The translations under genes and the position numbers were made by a program. Shown here in pieces: positions 20,063-29,873 of a stretch of DNA of 64,000 bases. A model generated the notes under the pieces. It worked only from the letters and a program-made list of their open reading frames with translations, was not told the origin of the DNA and did not search any database. The stretch comes from a virus. The stretch lies in the IMG/VR virus record IMGVR_UViG_3300027833_000016, one strand, 5' to 3'. Numbering within the stretch: position 1 is the first letter of the stretch; every line of letters begins with the position of its first letter.

Positions 20063-21121
20063 ATGAAAATAGCAATACTAAATGATACCCATGCAGGGTG
20101 TCGAAACTCGTCCGATATATTCATGGACTATCAAGAACGTTTCTATAGTGAAGTGTTCTTCCCATATCTATTAGAGAACAACATCACTCAGATACTTCAC
20201 CTTGGGGATTACTACGACAATCGAAAGACTGTCAACTTTAAAGCACTGGCACACAACCGTAAGATCTTCCTAGAGAAGTTACGCGAGTATGGCATTACTA
20301 TGGATATCATTCCGGGCAACCACGATGTGTACTACAAGAACACTAACGAACTTAATGCATTGAAGGAGTTGCAGGGTCACTACATGAATGAGGTTAACCT
20401 TATCATGGAACCTACCGAGATGAACTATGATGGTCTCTGTGTAGGACTAGTACCTTGGATCAATCCGCAGAACGAAGAAGCATCACTTGAGTTTCTTTCC
20501 AACACAAAAGCAACTCTTATAGGCGCACACTTGGAACTACAAGGTTTCGAGATGGCACGAGGTCAGGTGTGTATGTCAGGTATGAGCAAGTCTCACTTCG
20601 ATAGATTCGAGACTGTTCTTACTGGACACTTCCATGCCAAGTCTTCGCAGGGTAACATCCATTATCTTGGGGCACAGTATGAGTTCTTCTGGAATGATTG
20701 TGGTGATCCAAAACACTTTCATGTACTTGATACAGAAACAAGAGACGTAATGGCTGTCCGTAATCCTCTCACTATCTATGAGAAGATCTACTATGACCAC
20801 GAAAAGATGAATAAGTTCCAAGACTTGTCTCATCTAGATGAAAAGTTTGTCAAGATCATTGTGGTCAACAAGGGTAATACTCTAGAGTTCGAACGGTTCG
20901 TTGATAGAGTACAACAACAGAACATCCATGAACTGAAGATTGCCGAAGACTTCAAAGACTTCCTTGGCGAGAACGTAGGTGACGATAACATCAAACTTGA
21001 GGACACAACCACACTGGTAAATTCTTATGTTGATAACGTGACTACTGACTTAGACAAGGATCGAATCAAGCAGGAAATCTCTGCGTTAATGACAGAAGCA
21101 CAGTCAATGGAAATAATGTAA
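20063..21121 (+). CDS. gp47: recombination endonuclease gp47 (Mre11/SbcD-like)
   Basis: NDTHAG, HLGDYYD, PGNHD, GHFH metallophosphoesterase motifs. Confidence 0.95.
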   Translation: MKIAILNDTHAGCRNSSDIFMDYQERFYSEVFFPYLLENNITQILHLGDYYDNRKTVNFKALAHNRKIFLEKLREYGITMDIIPGNHDVYYKNTNELNALKELQGHYMNEVNLIMEPTEMNYDGLCVGLVPWINPQNEEASLEFLSNTKATLIGAHLELQGFEMARGQVCMSGMSKSHFDRFETVLTGHFHAKSSQGNIHYLGAQYEFFWNDCGDPKHFHVLDTETRDVMAVRNPLTIYEKIYYDHEKMNKFQDLSHLDEKFVKIIVVNKGNTLEFERFVDRVQQQNIHELKIAEDFKDFLGENVGDDNIKLEDTTTLVNSYVDNVTTDLDKDRIKQEISALMTEAQSMEIM

Positions 21122-21122
21122 C

Positions 21123-21644
21123 TTGAAGAGTCATTATGGTGTTCGAGAGATAACCATGAACCAAGGGGCAGATTGTATTAAGAGGTACCATTATCTTGGT
21201 AACCCATACATGGATGCACCAACCAATAAGGTTTATGGTTTGATCTACGGTGAGGATGTCGTGGGGGTGGTTCAGTTCAGTGAAGGGCATTGTCATCCGT
21301 CTTTCGTTCCAATCTACTTTGGAGTGGACTCCCCCACGACCGGACTCTGGGACATAACCAGACTGGTCGTATCAACCAAGCACCAAGGCGAACATAACAT
21401 TACCTCGTGGTTTCTATCACGAGCATTGAAGATGTTGAAACCTAAGTATGTGGTGACAATGGCAGACCATAGGATGCACGATGGTACTATCTATGCGGCA
21501 GTTGGGTTCGACTACTATGGACTACTGAAGGACAGAGGCGTTCCGGGATTAGAGGACGTGGAGTTTCATGTGTTCACTAAGTCATATGACCCTTCTATTA
21601 AATGTGTGTGGGAGAAAATAAAGTTTGACAAGACTGACTATTAA
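21123..21644 (+). CDS. Mom-family GNAT acetyltransferase (putative DNA base modification)
   Basis: IKRYHYL, GVVQF, ITRLV, SWFLSRALKML, VVTMAD, HDGTIYAAVGFDYYG. Confidence 0.7.
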   Translation: MKSHYGVREITMNQGADCIKRYHYLGNPYMDAPTNKVYGLIYGEDVVGVVQFSEGHCHPSFVPIYFGVDSPTTGLWDITRLVVSTKHQGEHNITSWFLSRALKMLKPKYVVTMADHRMHDGTIYAAVGFDYYGLLKDRGVPGLEDVEFHVFTKSYDPSIKCVWEKIKFDKTDY

Positions 21645-21653
21645 TGGTATAAT
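21625..21653 (+). promoter_or_regulatory. sigma70 promoter for gp46
   Basis: TTGACA-17-TATAAT, about 6 nt before ATG (possibly leaderless). Confidence 0.8.
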
Positions 21654-21659
21654 ACCTGT

Positions 21660-23378
21660 ATGATAAAATTTACTAAACTTCGTTATAAGAACTTCCTGTC
21701 TTCAGGTAATGCATTCACTGCTATCGACTTCGATGCGGCACCTACCACTTTGGTGATAGGTCATAATGGTTCGGGTAAGTCCACCATGTTGGATGCCTTA
21801 TCGTTTGGTCTGTTCGGCAAACCTCACCGTAAGATCTCTAAACCACAACTCGTGAACTCTATCAACCAGAAGGGTACTGAAGTTGAGGTAGAGTTTAATA
21901 TAGGTAAGGCACAATATAAGATCGTGCGTGGTATCAAACCTAACATCTTTGAGATCTGGGTAGACGGTAACATGGTCAACCAAGACTCTCATGCCAAAGA
22001 GTATCAGGCAATGTTAGAGAAGAACATTCTCAAGTTGTCTCACAAGTCATTCCACCAGATTGTTGTTCTTGGATCAAGTTCCTTTGTTCCGTTCATGCAG
22101 ATGGCAGGGGGTGCAAGACGTGAGGTGATCGAGGATCTACTCGACATTAACATCTTCTCTAAGATGAACTCTCTATTAAAGGAGAAGTCTTCTATACTGA
22201 AGGATGCTATCAGTAGTAACTCTCATTCGATAGAACTGGTCAAGACTAAGATCAACGCACAGAAGAAGTATCTGCGTGACCTGAGTGCTGTTAACGAACA
22301 ACACAAGGCAACCAAGGAAGACGAGATACAGACATTGTTTGATGAGATTCATTCCCTTGAGGCACAGAATACAGGACTAAATGTCAACCTTGATACGGAT
22401 GCGATATGTACATCATTGGACAAACTTAAACCACAACGTACACAGTTGATGGACTATCAAGCACAGTTCAAGACTCAGATCAAGTCTGTTGTCAAGGAAG
22501 CAAAGTTCTTCGATGAGAATGAACACTGTCCTACTTGTGATCAGGGTATCGACTCAGACCTCCGTGACTCCAAGAAGGAAGGTGCGAATGCTCGTGCCAA
22601 GGAACTGTCTACGGCAATGACCAAAGCGACAGAGCAGTTAACTTCTTTTGATAATGAGATAAATGGACTAGAGGTACAACTCAAAGAACAACAAAGTACC
22701 ATCAATACAATACAAAGTAACACCCAGTTGATTACTCGACTAACGCGTAACATTGATCGTATCCGTCAAGACATATCAGAGATGGAAGGAACTACAGGTG
22801 ACCTACAAGGTGCCAACGCAGAACTGAACAAGTTGAATGAGTTTAGTATTGCTAAGAACGAAGAGAAGTTCACACTAGGTGAGCAGTACTCATACAATCA
22901 AGTGGCAAGTGAGTTGCTACGCGACACAGGTATTAAGACCAAGATCATTAAGCAGTATGTACCAGTTATCAATCAGTTGACTAACCAGTACCTACAGATA
23001 CTAGACTTCTTTGTCCACTTCGATCTGGATGAGAACTTCTCCGAGACTATTCGTTCACGTCACCGTGACAACTTCTCGTATGATTCGTTCTCTGAGGGAG
23101 AGAAGCAACGTATCGATCTATCCTTGTTGTTTACATGGAGACAGATTGCTAAGATGAAGAACAGTGTTGCCACCAACCTATTGATCCTTGATGAGACATT
23201 TGATTCATCTTTGGATGATGATGGGGTTGACAACCTGATGAAGATCCTGTATAGTCTAGGGGAAGAGACCAATGTATTTGTTATCTCTCACAAGGCAGAA
23301 CTGGAAGACGCACAGTTCCAAAGAAGACTGGAGTTCGTTAAGGACAAAAACTTCTCTAAACTAAAGATTTCCGCTTGA
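21660..23378 (+). CDS. gp46: recombination ATPase gp46 (Rad50/SbcC-like)
   Basis: GHNGSGKS, CPTC zinc hook, FSEGEKQRID, LILDE. Confidence 0.96.
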   Translation: MIKFTKLRYKNFLSSGNAFTAIDFDAAPTTLVIGHNGSGKSTMLDALSFGLFGKPHRKISKPQLVNSINQKGTEVEVEFNIGKAQYKIVRGIKPNIFEIWVDGNMVNQDSHAKEYQAMLEKNILKLSHKSFHQIVVLGSSSFVPFMQMAGGARREVIEDLLDINIFSKMNSLLKEKSSILKDAISSNSHSIELVKTKINAQKKYLRDLSAVNEQHKATKEDEIQTLFDEIHSLEAQNTGLNVNLDTDAICTSLDKLKPQRTQLMDYQAQFKTQIKSVVKEAKFFDENEHCPTCDQGIDSDLRDSKKEGANARAKELSTAMTKATEQLTSFDNEINGLEVQLKEQQSTINTIQSNTQLITRLTRNIDRIRQDISEMEGTTGDLQGANAELNKLNEFSIAKNEEKFTLGEQYSYNQVASELLRDTGIKTKIIKQYVPVINQLTNQYLQILDFFVHFDLDENFSETIRSRHRDNFSYDSFSEGEKQRIDLSLLFTWRQIAKMKNSVATNLLILDETFDSSLDDDGVDNLMKILYSLGEETNVFVISHKAELEDAQFQRRLEFVKDKNFSKLKISA

Positions 23379-23403
23379 CAAGATCAAATGAGTGTGTTAT
23401 AAT
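23375..23403 (+). promoter_or_regulatory. sigma70 promoter for gp45
   Basis: TTGACA-17-TATAAT. Confidence 0.85.
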
Positions 23404-23438
23404 AACCGTATTAAACAATAAACTAAATGAGATGTATT

Positions 23439-24116
23439 ATGGAATTATCTGATCGTACCTTGAATGTACTTAAAAACTTCGCAAACATTAACAGTAACAT
23501 CGTGTTCCGTGAGGGCAACGTACTGAAGACTATCAGTGTTGCAAAGAACATCCTTGCGAAAGTGACACTAGACGAGACTATCGATGCTGAGTTCGGCATC
23601 TATGATCTTAATGAATTCTTGAGTGTGATGGGTCTGGTTGAGAAACCTACTCTATCATTCAAAGATAAGCACGTTATCGTATCTGACTCAACTGGTCTGC
23701 GTGGTAACCGATACTTCTACTCTGACATTGATATGTTGTCTGCTCCTACTAAGGATGTAGTAATGCCAGAACCAGAGGTTAAGTTTACCCTAGATACAGA
23801 CACACTGAGCAGATTGAAACGTGCTTCGGCAGTACTTGGTCACGACAATATCTCTATCACTAATGATGGTAAGGGTATTAAACTGACTGTAGTAGACAAT
23901 GACGATGCCACCTCTAACAGTTTCTTCTGTTATGTCGAAGGTGAGTTTGAAGAAGGAGTTGATTTCAACTTCATTATGAACGTCAATAACCTGAAGATTG
24001 TGAACGAAGACTTTGATGTTGGTATCAGTTCTAAACTGATCTCTAACTTCGTAAGTAAGCAGTCCCCAATCGAATACTTTATAGCACTTGAAAAATCATC
24101 AACTTATGGGAAATAG
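23439..24116 (+). CDS. gp45: sliding clamp gp45
   Basis: LKNFANIN, FGIYDLNEFL, YFIALE. Confidence 0.95.
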   Translation: MELSDRTLNVLKNFANINSNIVFREGNVLKTISVAKNILAKVTLDETIDAEFGIYDLNEFLSVMGLVEKPTLSFKDKHVIVSDSTGLRGNRYFYSDIDMLSAPTKDVVMPEPEVKFTLDTDTLSRLKRASAVLGHDNISITNDGKGIKLTVVDNDDATSNSFFCYVEGEFEEGVDFNFIMNVNNLKIVNEDFDVGISSKLISNFVSKQSPIEYFIALEKSSTYGK

Positions 24117-24120
24117 TAAT

Positions 24121-24366
24121 ATGTCAGAATCAAAGAACAAAGATGCGAATGGCATCACATTAGAAGCAAAAGAATCAGTAATGGACGAACGTTACGTTGT
24201 ATTGGCAGACCTTGCCAACCGCGTGTCACGATCAACTGTTGCAGTAATCGACACCGTTGTACAACGTGGTGGGTTTAAGGGCGAAGAGTTGTCTACTATC
24301 GGGCAGTTGAGAGACCAAGCAATTGAGTCTATCCAATTGGTCGAAAACATTCAGAATGATGCCTAA
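24121..24366 (+). CDS. hypothetical protein
   Basis: IDTVVQRGGFKGEELSTIGQLRD motif. Confidence 0.7.
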   Translation: MSESKNKDANGITLEAKESVMDERYVVLADLANRVSRSTVAVIDTVVQRGGFKGEELSTIGQLRDQAIESIQLVENIQNDA

Positions 24367-24383
24367 CCTTGTTGGAGGAATAT

Positions 24384-24917
24384 ATGTTTAAGAATTACAT
24401 ACCAGACGTTGTATTCCATCTTCGTGAACCTGATCTATCTGCGACAATGGATGTCGCTAACCCATTCAAGTGGGTTCGTAAGACTACTGCTGAATTGATG
24501 GGAGGTAAGAAGGTATTGATCTTTGGACTTCCCGGTGCATTCACACCGACTTGTTCCAACGAACAGTTGCCGTCTTATGAAGAGATGTATGAAGAGTTCA
24601 TGGAACTAGGTATCGATGAGATCTATTGTACCTCTGTTAACGATGCGTTTGCTATGTTCCAATGGGCAAAGCAACTAGGCATTATGAACGTCAAGATGTT
24701 ACCAGACGGTAACGGAGAGTTTGCAGATGGACTTGGGTATCTTGTAAATAAGAACAACCTTGGTTTCGGTAAACGCTCATGGAGATATGCGTTGATCGTA
24801 GAAGATCTAAGCATTGAGCGATGGTTTGAGGAAGAGGGTATCAGTGAGAACTGTCCGTCAGATCCATACATGACCTCAAGACCCGAAGTGGTATTGGATG
24901 CCCTTCGAGGCAACTAA
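24384..24917 (+). CDS. peroxiredoxin (Prx5 type)
   Basis: GLPGAFTPTCS, SVNDAF, LPDGNGEF, RSWRYA. Confidence 0.93.
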   Translation: MFKNYIPDVVFHLREPDLSATMDVANPFKWVRKTTAELMGGKKVLIFGLPGAFTPTCSNEQLPSYEEMYEEFMELGIDEIYCTSVNDAFAMFQWAKQLGIMNVKMLPDGNGEFADGLGYLVNKNNLGFGKRSWRYALIVEDLSIERWFEEEGISENCPSDPYMTSRPEVVLDALRGN

Positions 24918-24924
24918 CTAAAGC

Positions 24925-24950
24925 ACCCCCGAAAGGGGGTTCTTTCTTTC
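24925..24950 (+). terminator. rho-independent terminator
   Basis: accccc-GAAA-gggggt followed by T-rich tract. Confidence 0.8.
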
Positions 24951-24960
24951 TGGATATATT

Positions 24961-25338
24961 ATGAATACTTATTTAAAGAGCAAGTTGCATGGAGCAACTG
25001 TCACCAATGCAGAACTACACTATGATGGTTCTATTGCAATAGACGAAACCCTACTGAACCTTGCAGACATTGCAGAGTTCGAACAAATAGATGCATACAA
25101 TGTGACCAATGGTCAACGTTGGACAACATATGCTTTAAAGGCAGAACCTAACTCTGGTATCATTTCTGTGAATGGTGCAGGGGCACGTCTATGTCAGGTA
25201 GGAGATACTGTGATCATATGTTGCTATGAGATTGGCAGTATGCCGTTTTCTATGCCCAAACTAATCTACCTAACAGGGGAGAATAAGATCGATAGAGTTA
25301 CGAATACCATTGACAAACAGATGTCGGATGTGGTATAA
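24961..25338 (+). CDS. panD: aspartate 1-decarboxylase
   Basis: KSKLHGATVT, YDG/SIAID (pyruvoyl cleavage site), NGQRWTTY, NGAGAR, GDTVII. Confidence 0.92.
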   Translation: MNTYLKSKLHGATVTNAELHYDGSIAIDETLLNLADIAEFEQIDAYNVTNGQRWTTYALKAEPNSGIISVNGAGARLCQVGDTVIICCYEIGSMPFSMPKLIYLTGENKIDRVTNTIDKQMSDVV

Positions 25339-25339
25339 T
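25310..25339 (+). promoter_or_regulatory. sigma70 promoter for gp44
   Basis: TTGACA-18-TATAAT. Confidence 0.75.
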
Positions 25340-25365
25340 ACCTTATATTAATGATGGAGTACTAA

Positions 25366-26304
25366 ATGAGTAATGAATTCCTCTGGGTCGAGAAGTACAG
25401 ACCCCAACGTGTAGCAGACACTATTCTGCCATCCGAACTAAAGAATACATTCCAGAAGATCGTAGATGGTGGAGAGATCCCCAATATGTTATTCTCTGGT
25501 ACCGCAGGTACAGGCAAGACTACTGTCGCACGAGCAATCTGTGAAGAGTTAGGTCTTGACTATATCGTCATCAACGGATCCGAAGAAGGTAACATTGATA
25601 CCCTTCGTGGCAAGATCAAACAGTTTGCTTCGTCCGTCTCCCTCTCTGGCGGTTACAAGGTAGTAATCCTTGACGAAGCAGACTACCTTAATCCTCAATC
25701 AACTCAACCTGCTCTTCGTGGATTCATCGAAGAGTTTAGTAACAACTGTCGATTTATCCTCACTTGTAACTTCAAGAACCGAGTGATCGAACCACTTCAC
25801 TCTCGTTGTTCTAATTACGAGTTTAATTTCTCTAAGACTGTCTTGTCGCAATTGTGCGGTGACTTCATGGGTCGTATGCAGACCATTCTCACTGGAGAGG
25901 GCGTATCATTCAATCCCCAGACACTAGCAAGTCTGATTATGAAACACGCTCCTGATTGGAGACGTGTCCTTAATGAATGTCAACGTTACTCTATCTCAGG
26001 TCAATTGGAAACTACAGTTATCATAACTGACGCAAATGAGAACTACAGTCTCCTCTTCAAAGCATTGAAGGGCAAGGACTTTAAGAAGATGCGGAGTTGG
26101 GTTGTTAATAATATGGATGTGGAACCTGCTTCCGTGTTCCGTGGTATCTATGATGCCATGAATGAGTTTGTACAACCACAGAGTATCCCTCAGTTGGTTC
26201 TCATTCTCGCAGACTATCAGTACAAGAACTCGTTCGTGGCAGATCACGAACTTAACTTAGTTGCCTGTATGACTGAGATCATGGCAAACGTAGAGGTAAT
26301 ATAA
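25366..26304 (+). CDS. gp44: clamp loader ATPase gp44
   Basis: LWVEKYRP, GTAGTGKTT, ILDEAD, LHSRC. Confidence 0.96.
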   Translation: MSNEFLWVEKYRPQRVADTILPSELKNTFQKIVDGGEIPNMLFSGTAGTGKTTVARAICEELGLDYIVINGSEEGNIDTLRGKIKQFASSVSLSGGYKVVILDEADYLNPQSTQPALRGFIEEFSNNCRFILTCNFKNRVIEPLHSRCSNYEFNFSKTVLSQLCGDFMGRMQTILTGEGVSFNPQTLASLIMKHAPDWRRVLNECQRYSISGQLETTVIITDANENYSLLFKALKGKDFKKMRSWVVNNMDVEPASVFRGIYDAMNEFVQPQSIPQLVLILADYQYKNSFVADHELNLVACMTEIMANVEVI

Positions 26305-26696
26305 TGTATCAAGATGACGTAGAATTATTTATGAAACAAGGGTTGCAGGACTACCCAGTAGTATCGTGTTTGGATGTCCCTACAATAACAGATGATGTTG
26401 ACCCACAGATCGAACTGTATATGGACTTGATCACCGAAGAGTACCACGAGTTGCAAGAAGCATATAAGGAACAAGATGTTGTTGAAGTTGCAGACGCACT
26501 TGCAGACATGGTGTGGGTGATCATGGGAATGGCATCAACTCTAGGTATGGACTTCAATGACATCTGGGAAGAAGTCAAGCGTTCTAATATGTCTAAGTTC
26601 ACTAACAACATTATCATCCGTGATGGTAAGACTGGTAAGATCCTCAAACCATCTACCTTCAGTGAACCTGATCTGGCACCTATCCTTGGTCTCTAA
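26304..26696 (+). CDS. MazG-like nucleoside triphosphate pyrophosphohydrolase
   Basis: LITEEYHEL...EVADALADM...EVKRSNMSK...GKILKP. Confidence 0.82.
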   Translation: MYQDDVELFMKQGLQDYPVVSCLDVPTITDDVDPQIELYMDLITEEYHELQEAYKEQDVVEVADALADMVWVIMGMASTLGMDFNDIWEEVKRSNMSKFTNNIIIRDGKTGKILKPSTFSEPDLAPILGL

Positions 26697-27762
26697 GATA
26701 TCACACTCGCCTGTACAACAGGACGAGATAACCAAGTCACTATCCGAGGCATTCGAATATGCCTTTGATGGTGTCTCTGAGTTTACCGTTCCTGATATGC
26801 CTAACATATGTGGATCCTTTAACATAGGACTCATAGTCGGGCCATCTGGTTCGGGCAAGTCTACATTGCTCAAGAGGTTTGGTGAAGAGAAGTTTCCAGA
26901 GTGGGTGGCAGATAAATGCATTGCCTCTCATTTTGATAACGAGGATGATGCAACTACATTGATGGGTGCGGTTGGACTCAACTCAGTTCCTACATGGTTT
27001 AGACCTTATCATGTATTGTCTGTTGGTGAGCAATACCGTGCTAACCTTTCGCGTAGACTAGTGAATGATGCAGTGATCGATGAGTTCACTTCGGTGGTCA
27101 ATAGATCGGTTGCCAAGTCATGTGCTAATTCGGTTGCCAAACATATTCGTAGAGAAGGTATTAAGAACGTGGTCTTCTCTTCTTGTCACTATGACATCGA
27201 AGAATGGTTACAACCCGATTGGGTATTTGATACTGCGACAGGTGAACTCACCTATAGGGGGTCACTTCATCGACCAATTAGGAGACCCGAAATCAAGTTG
27301 GACATTGTTCCATGTGGGGTCGAAGCGTGGACAGCGTTCAAAGACCATCATTATTTAACACAAGATATAAACAGTTCTGCCAAACATTGGTTATGTTGGT
27401 GGGGAGATACAGTAGTAGGGTTTGCTTCTGCCATACCGTTCCCCAGTGGAACAGTTAAGAATGCATTCCGAGGACACAGGACAGTAGTTCTACCTGACTA
27501 CCAAGGATTAGGTATTGGTGTTAGACTCAGTGATGCTATCGCAGAGTTGCACCGCGAAGAAGGTAAGAGATACTTTAGCAAGACTGCCCATCCTCGTATG
27601 GGTAAGTATAGGAATGAGTCTAGTCTTTGGAAACCGACTAGTAAGAATATGAGTGAGAGGGCAGACATACCCTCTGACAACCTTGAAGACAGGAAGTGGA
27701 TAGCACGAAAGTGCTTCTCCTACTCACATGAGTATATTGGCAATGTATCAACAACAACTTAA
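26686..27762 (+). CDS. ABC-type ATPase fused to GNAT (Mom-like) acetyltransferase
   Basis: GPSGSGKS, LSVGEQYRA, IDEFTS, SSCH; then HHYL, HRTVVLPDYQGLGIG (acetyl-CoA motif A). Probable TTG start at 26686; ORF open from 26557. Confidence 0.8.
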   Translation: MVSKISHSPVQQDEITKSLSEAFEYAFDGVSEFTVPDMPNICGSFNIGLIVGPSGSGKSTLLKRFGEEKFPEWVADKCIASHFDNEDDATTLMGAVGLNSVPTWFRPYHVLSVGEQYRANLSRRLVNDAVIDEFTSVVNRSVAKSCANSVAKHIRREGIKNVVFSSCHYDIEEWLQPDWVFDTATGELTYRGSLHRPIRRPEIKLDIVPCGVEAWTAFKDHHYLTQDINSSAKHWLCWWGDTVVGFASAIPFPSGTVKNAFRGHRTVVLPDYQGLGIGVRLSDAIAELHREEGKRYFSKTAHPRMGKYRNESSLWKPTSKNMSERADIPSDNLEDRKWIARKCFSYSHEYIGNVSTTT

Positions 27763-28024
27763 TTTACAATTTCCGCTTACACAACAACTAAGTCTTGACT
27801 TAGATGTTCCTGAGAATGTGTTACGCGAGTTGCGTACTCCGTACACAGGGTTCGTACTAGACGCTGTTTGGGCAGGTGAAACTGTGAATTCATATATTAC
27901 TGTGAATAATTCAGACGGTGATGAGGCGGCAAGGATAGACGATACGGGTATCAGTCTTAGAATGGAAAACAAATCTTGGATAAAAACTAAGGTTGCTAAT
28001 TGGTTAGGAGTTAAGTACTTATGA
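27743..28024 (+). CDS. hypothetical protein
   Basis: ORF with ATGA coupling to next gene. Confidence 0.55.
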   Translation: MYQQQLNLQFPLTQQLSLDLDVPENVLRELRTPYTGFVLDAVWAGETVNSYITVNNSDGDEAARIDDTGISLRMENKSWIKTKVANWLGVKYL

Positions 28025-28449
28025 CTAAATGGAATGAAGCACATATGCGAACCGCAGAGAACTATGCAAGTCTCTCTTCGGCAAAGCGACTAAAGGTTGG
28101 ATGTGTTATTGTGAAGGACAACCGCATCATCTCAATAGGATACAATGGTATGCCTAGTGGATGGGACAACAACTGCGAACATGAAGTAGAGACGTGGCCA
28201 CGCGGCAGGAAACTAGTCACTAAAGACGAAGTTCTACACGCAGAAGCAAATGCAATAACAAAGGTTGCAATGTCCTCTGAATCATGTTATAATGGAGACA
28301 TATATACAACTACTGCCCCTTGCTTAGAGTGTGCTAAGTTGATATATCAAAGCGGTATTAGTAATGTGTTCTATCGTACTCCGCACTTGCGCAGTGAAGA
28401 TGGTATTAAGTTCCTTGACAAATGTGATATAAATGTGATACAATTATGA
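28021..28449 (+). CDS. cd: dCMP deaminase
   Basis: VGCVIV, GYNG, HAEANA, PCLEC. Confidence 0.93.
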   Translation: MTKWNEAHMRTAENYASLSSAKRLKVGCVIVKDNRIISIGYNGMPSGWDNNCEHEVETWPRGRKLVTKDEVLHAEANAITKVAMSSESCYNGDIYTTTAPCLECAKLIYQSGISNVFYRTPHLRSEDGIKFLDKCDINVIQL

Positions 28450-29105
28450 CTACTAAGAATATGAACGGCAGTATTGAGATGGGGCGAGAGGATAATATCC
28501 TATACTTTCCTAATAATATTGATGTTCGTATGTGTTGCAAGAATGGAATGTCTACTCTAAAGGAAGCATACCGAAGGGTCAAGGATCTTCCGACAGACGA
28601 GAAACTTGATTCTAGGATAGAAAATGTATCTAAGAAATCTGATATGTTCGACATCCCTTTCCGCAGGGGTTCTTATCGTATTGCAGTAAGGCGTGATCCG
28701 ATTGATAGGTTCAAGTCTGCGTGTGAGTTTATCATGGACGCACGAGCATACTATATCAAGGAAGGTAGGTTTCTTCCTGATATTGCTATAGAGTTAGATC
28801 AAGTGATTGATGATCTAGAACAAGGTAAGTATAGAGACAACCACTTCTATACTCAGACCTACTATATGGGACTACCTCAAGATTATGATATGGTCTATCA
28901 TATTGACGAGTTACCCAAGTTACTTGCATTCCTACAAGATGCAACTGAGACTGACAGAGAGATAATACATATACATGAGAACAAGACCAAATTGAAGTTA
29001 TACAACGGTGCGATTGACCCCGAACATATGACTAAACTTCGTAATTTTTATTTAAAGGACTTCATCAATGGTTGGTGCAAACAAGACGACTTTATCCCCT
29101 TTTGA
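28446..29105 (+). CDS. sulfotransferase family 2 protein
   Basis: KNGMSTLK (5'PSB-like), RRDPIDRFKS (3'PB-like), NHFYTQ, HENKT. Confidence 0.7.
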   Translation: MTTKNMNGSIEMGREDNILYFPNNIDVRMCCKNGMSTLKEAYRRVKDLPTDEKLDSRIENVSKKSDMFDIPFRRGSYRIAVRRDPIDRFKSACEFIMDARAYYIKEGRFLPDIAIELDQVIDDLEQGKYRDNHFYTQTYYMGLPQDYDMVYHIDELPKLLAFLQDATETDREIIHIHENKTKLKLYNGAIDPEHMTKLRNFYLKDFINGWCKQDDFIPF

Positions 29106-29469
29106 CTTTCTCAAGAGTATCAATGATACTAAGAAGAATATCATGGAGTTACCCGAACACGAAAAGATGTATGTACCATTTGTTACAAACAGAAGTCTCT
29201 CATACTTCCCAGACACAGTATTACTGGCAAATGAGATGAACCGATACCACCATATCGACAGTAAGTTACAATATCAGTTTCTTATAAATATAGTTAGGAA
29301 GCGCAAACGCTTCTCTAAATGGGTGAAACCTGAAATAGAGAATGATATTGAATCGGTGAAAGAATACTATGGATATAGTAATGACAAAGCACGTCAAGTA
29401 CTCAGTCTTCTTTCTTCCGAACAACTAACTATAATAAGAGATAAGGTGAGCAAAGGTGGAAGAAAATAA
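29068..29469 (+). CDS. gp62: clamp loader small subunit gp62
   Basis: PFVTNRSLSYFPDT, ANEMN, KRKRFSKW, KEYYGYS. Confidence 0.93.
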   Translation: MVGANKTTLSPFDFLKSINDTKKNIMELPEHEKMYVPFVTNRSLSYFPDTVLLANEMNRYHHIDSKLQYQFLINIVRKRKRFSKWVKPEIENDIESVKEYYGYSNDKARQVLSLLSSEQLTIIRDKVSKGGRK

Positions 29470-29866
29470 TTTAGTAGAATGGAACTCTGGACTCATGTTA
29501 GAGATTACTCTAGCAGAACCCGATGACTTCTTAAAGGTCAAAGAGACACTAACAAGGATTGGTATCGCATCTAGACGTGATAACAAACTCTTTCAATCGT
29601 GTCATATCCTACACAAGCAAGGTCGGTACTTCATAGTACACTTCAAAGAATTGTTTATGTTGGATGGAAAGAAGTCTAATCTAGAGGTAGGTGACGTGCA
29701 ACGTAGAAATACAATTGCAACCTTACTACAGGACTGGGGTCTAGTTGAGATACAGAATGGTGAGACTGCCAAAGATTGCGCACCTATGCGTACAATCAAG
29801 ATCATAGGTTTCAAAGAGAAAGATCAGTGGGAGTTATGTCCCAAGTATAATATTGGCAACAAGTGA
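29456..29866 (+). CDS. regA: translational repressor RegA
   Basis: DDFLKVKETLTRIGIAS, LFQSCHILHKQGRYFIVHFKELF. Confidence 0.97.
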   Translation: MEENNLVEWNSGLMLEITLAEPDDFLKVKETLTRIGIASRRDNKLFQSCHILHKQGRYFIVHFKELFMLDGKKSNLEVGDVQRRNTIATLLQDWGLVEIQNGETAKDCAPMRTIKIIGFKEKDQWELCPKYNIGNK

Positions 29867-29873
29867 GACGTTT

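Noticed and set aside
26557-26685. N-terminal extension of the ABC-GNAT ORF
   Set aside because: It overlaps the MazG-like gene by about 140 nt; a TTG at 26686 gives normal coupling.
28422-28440. TGTGA repeats as a CRP site linking the cyclase to phage promoters
   Set aside because: They are direct repeats, not the TGTGA-N6-TCACA palindrome.
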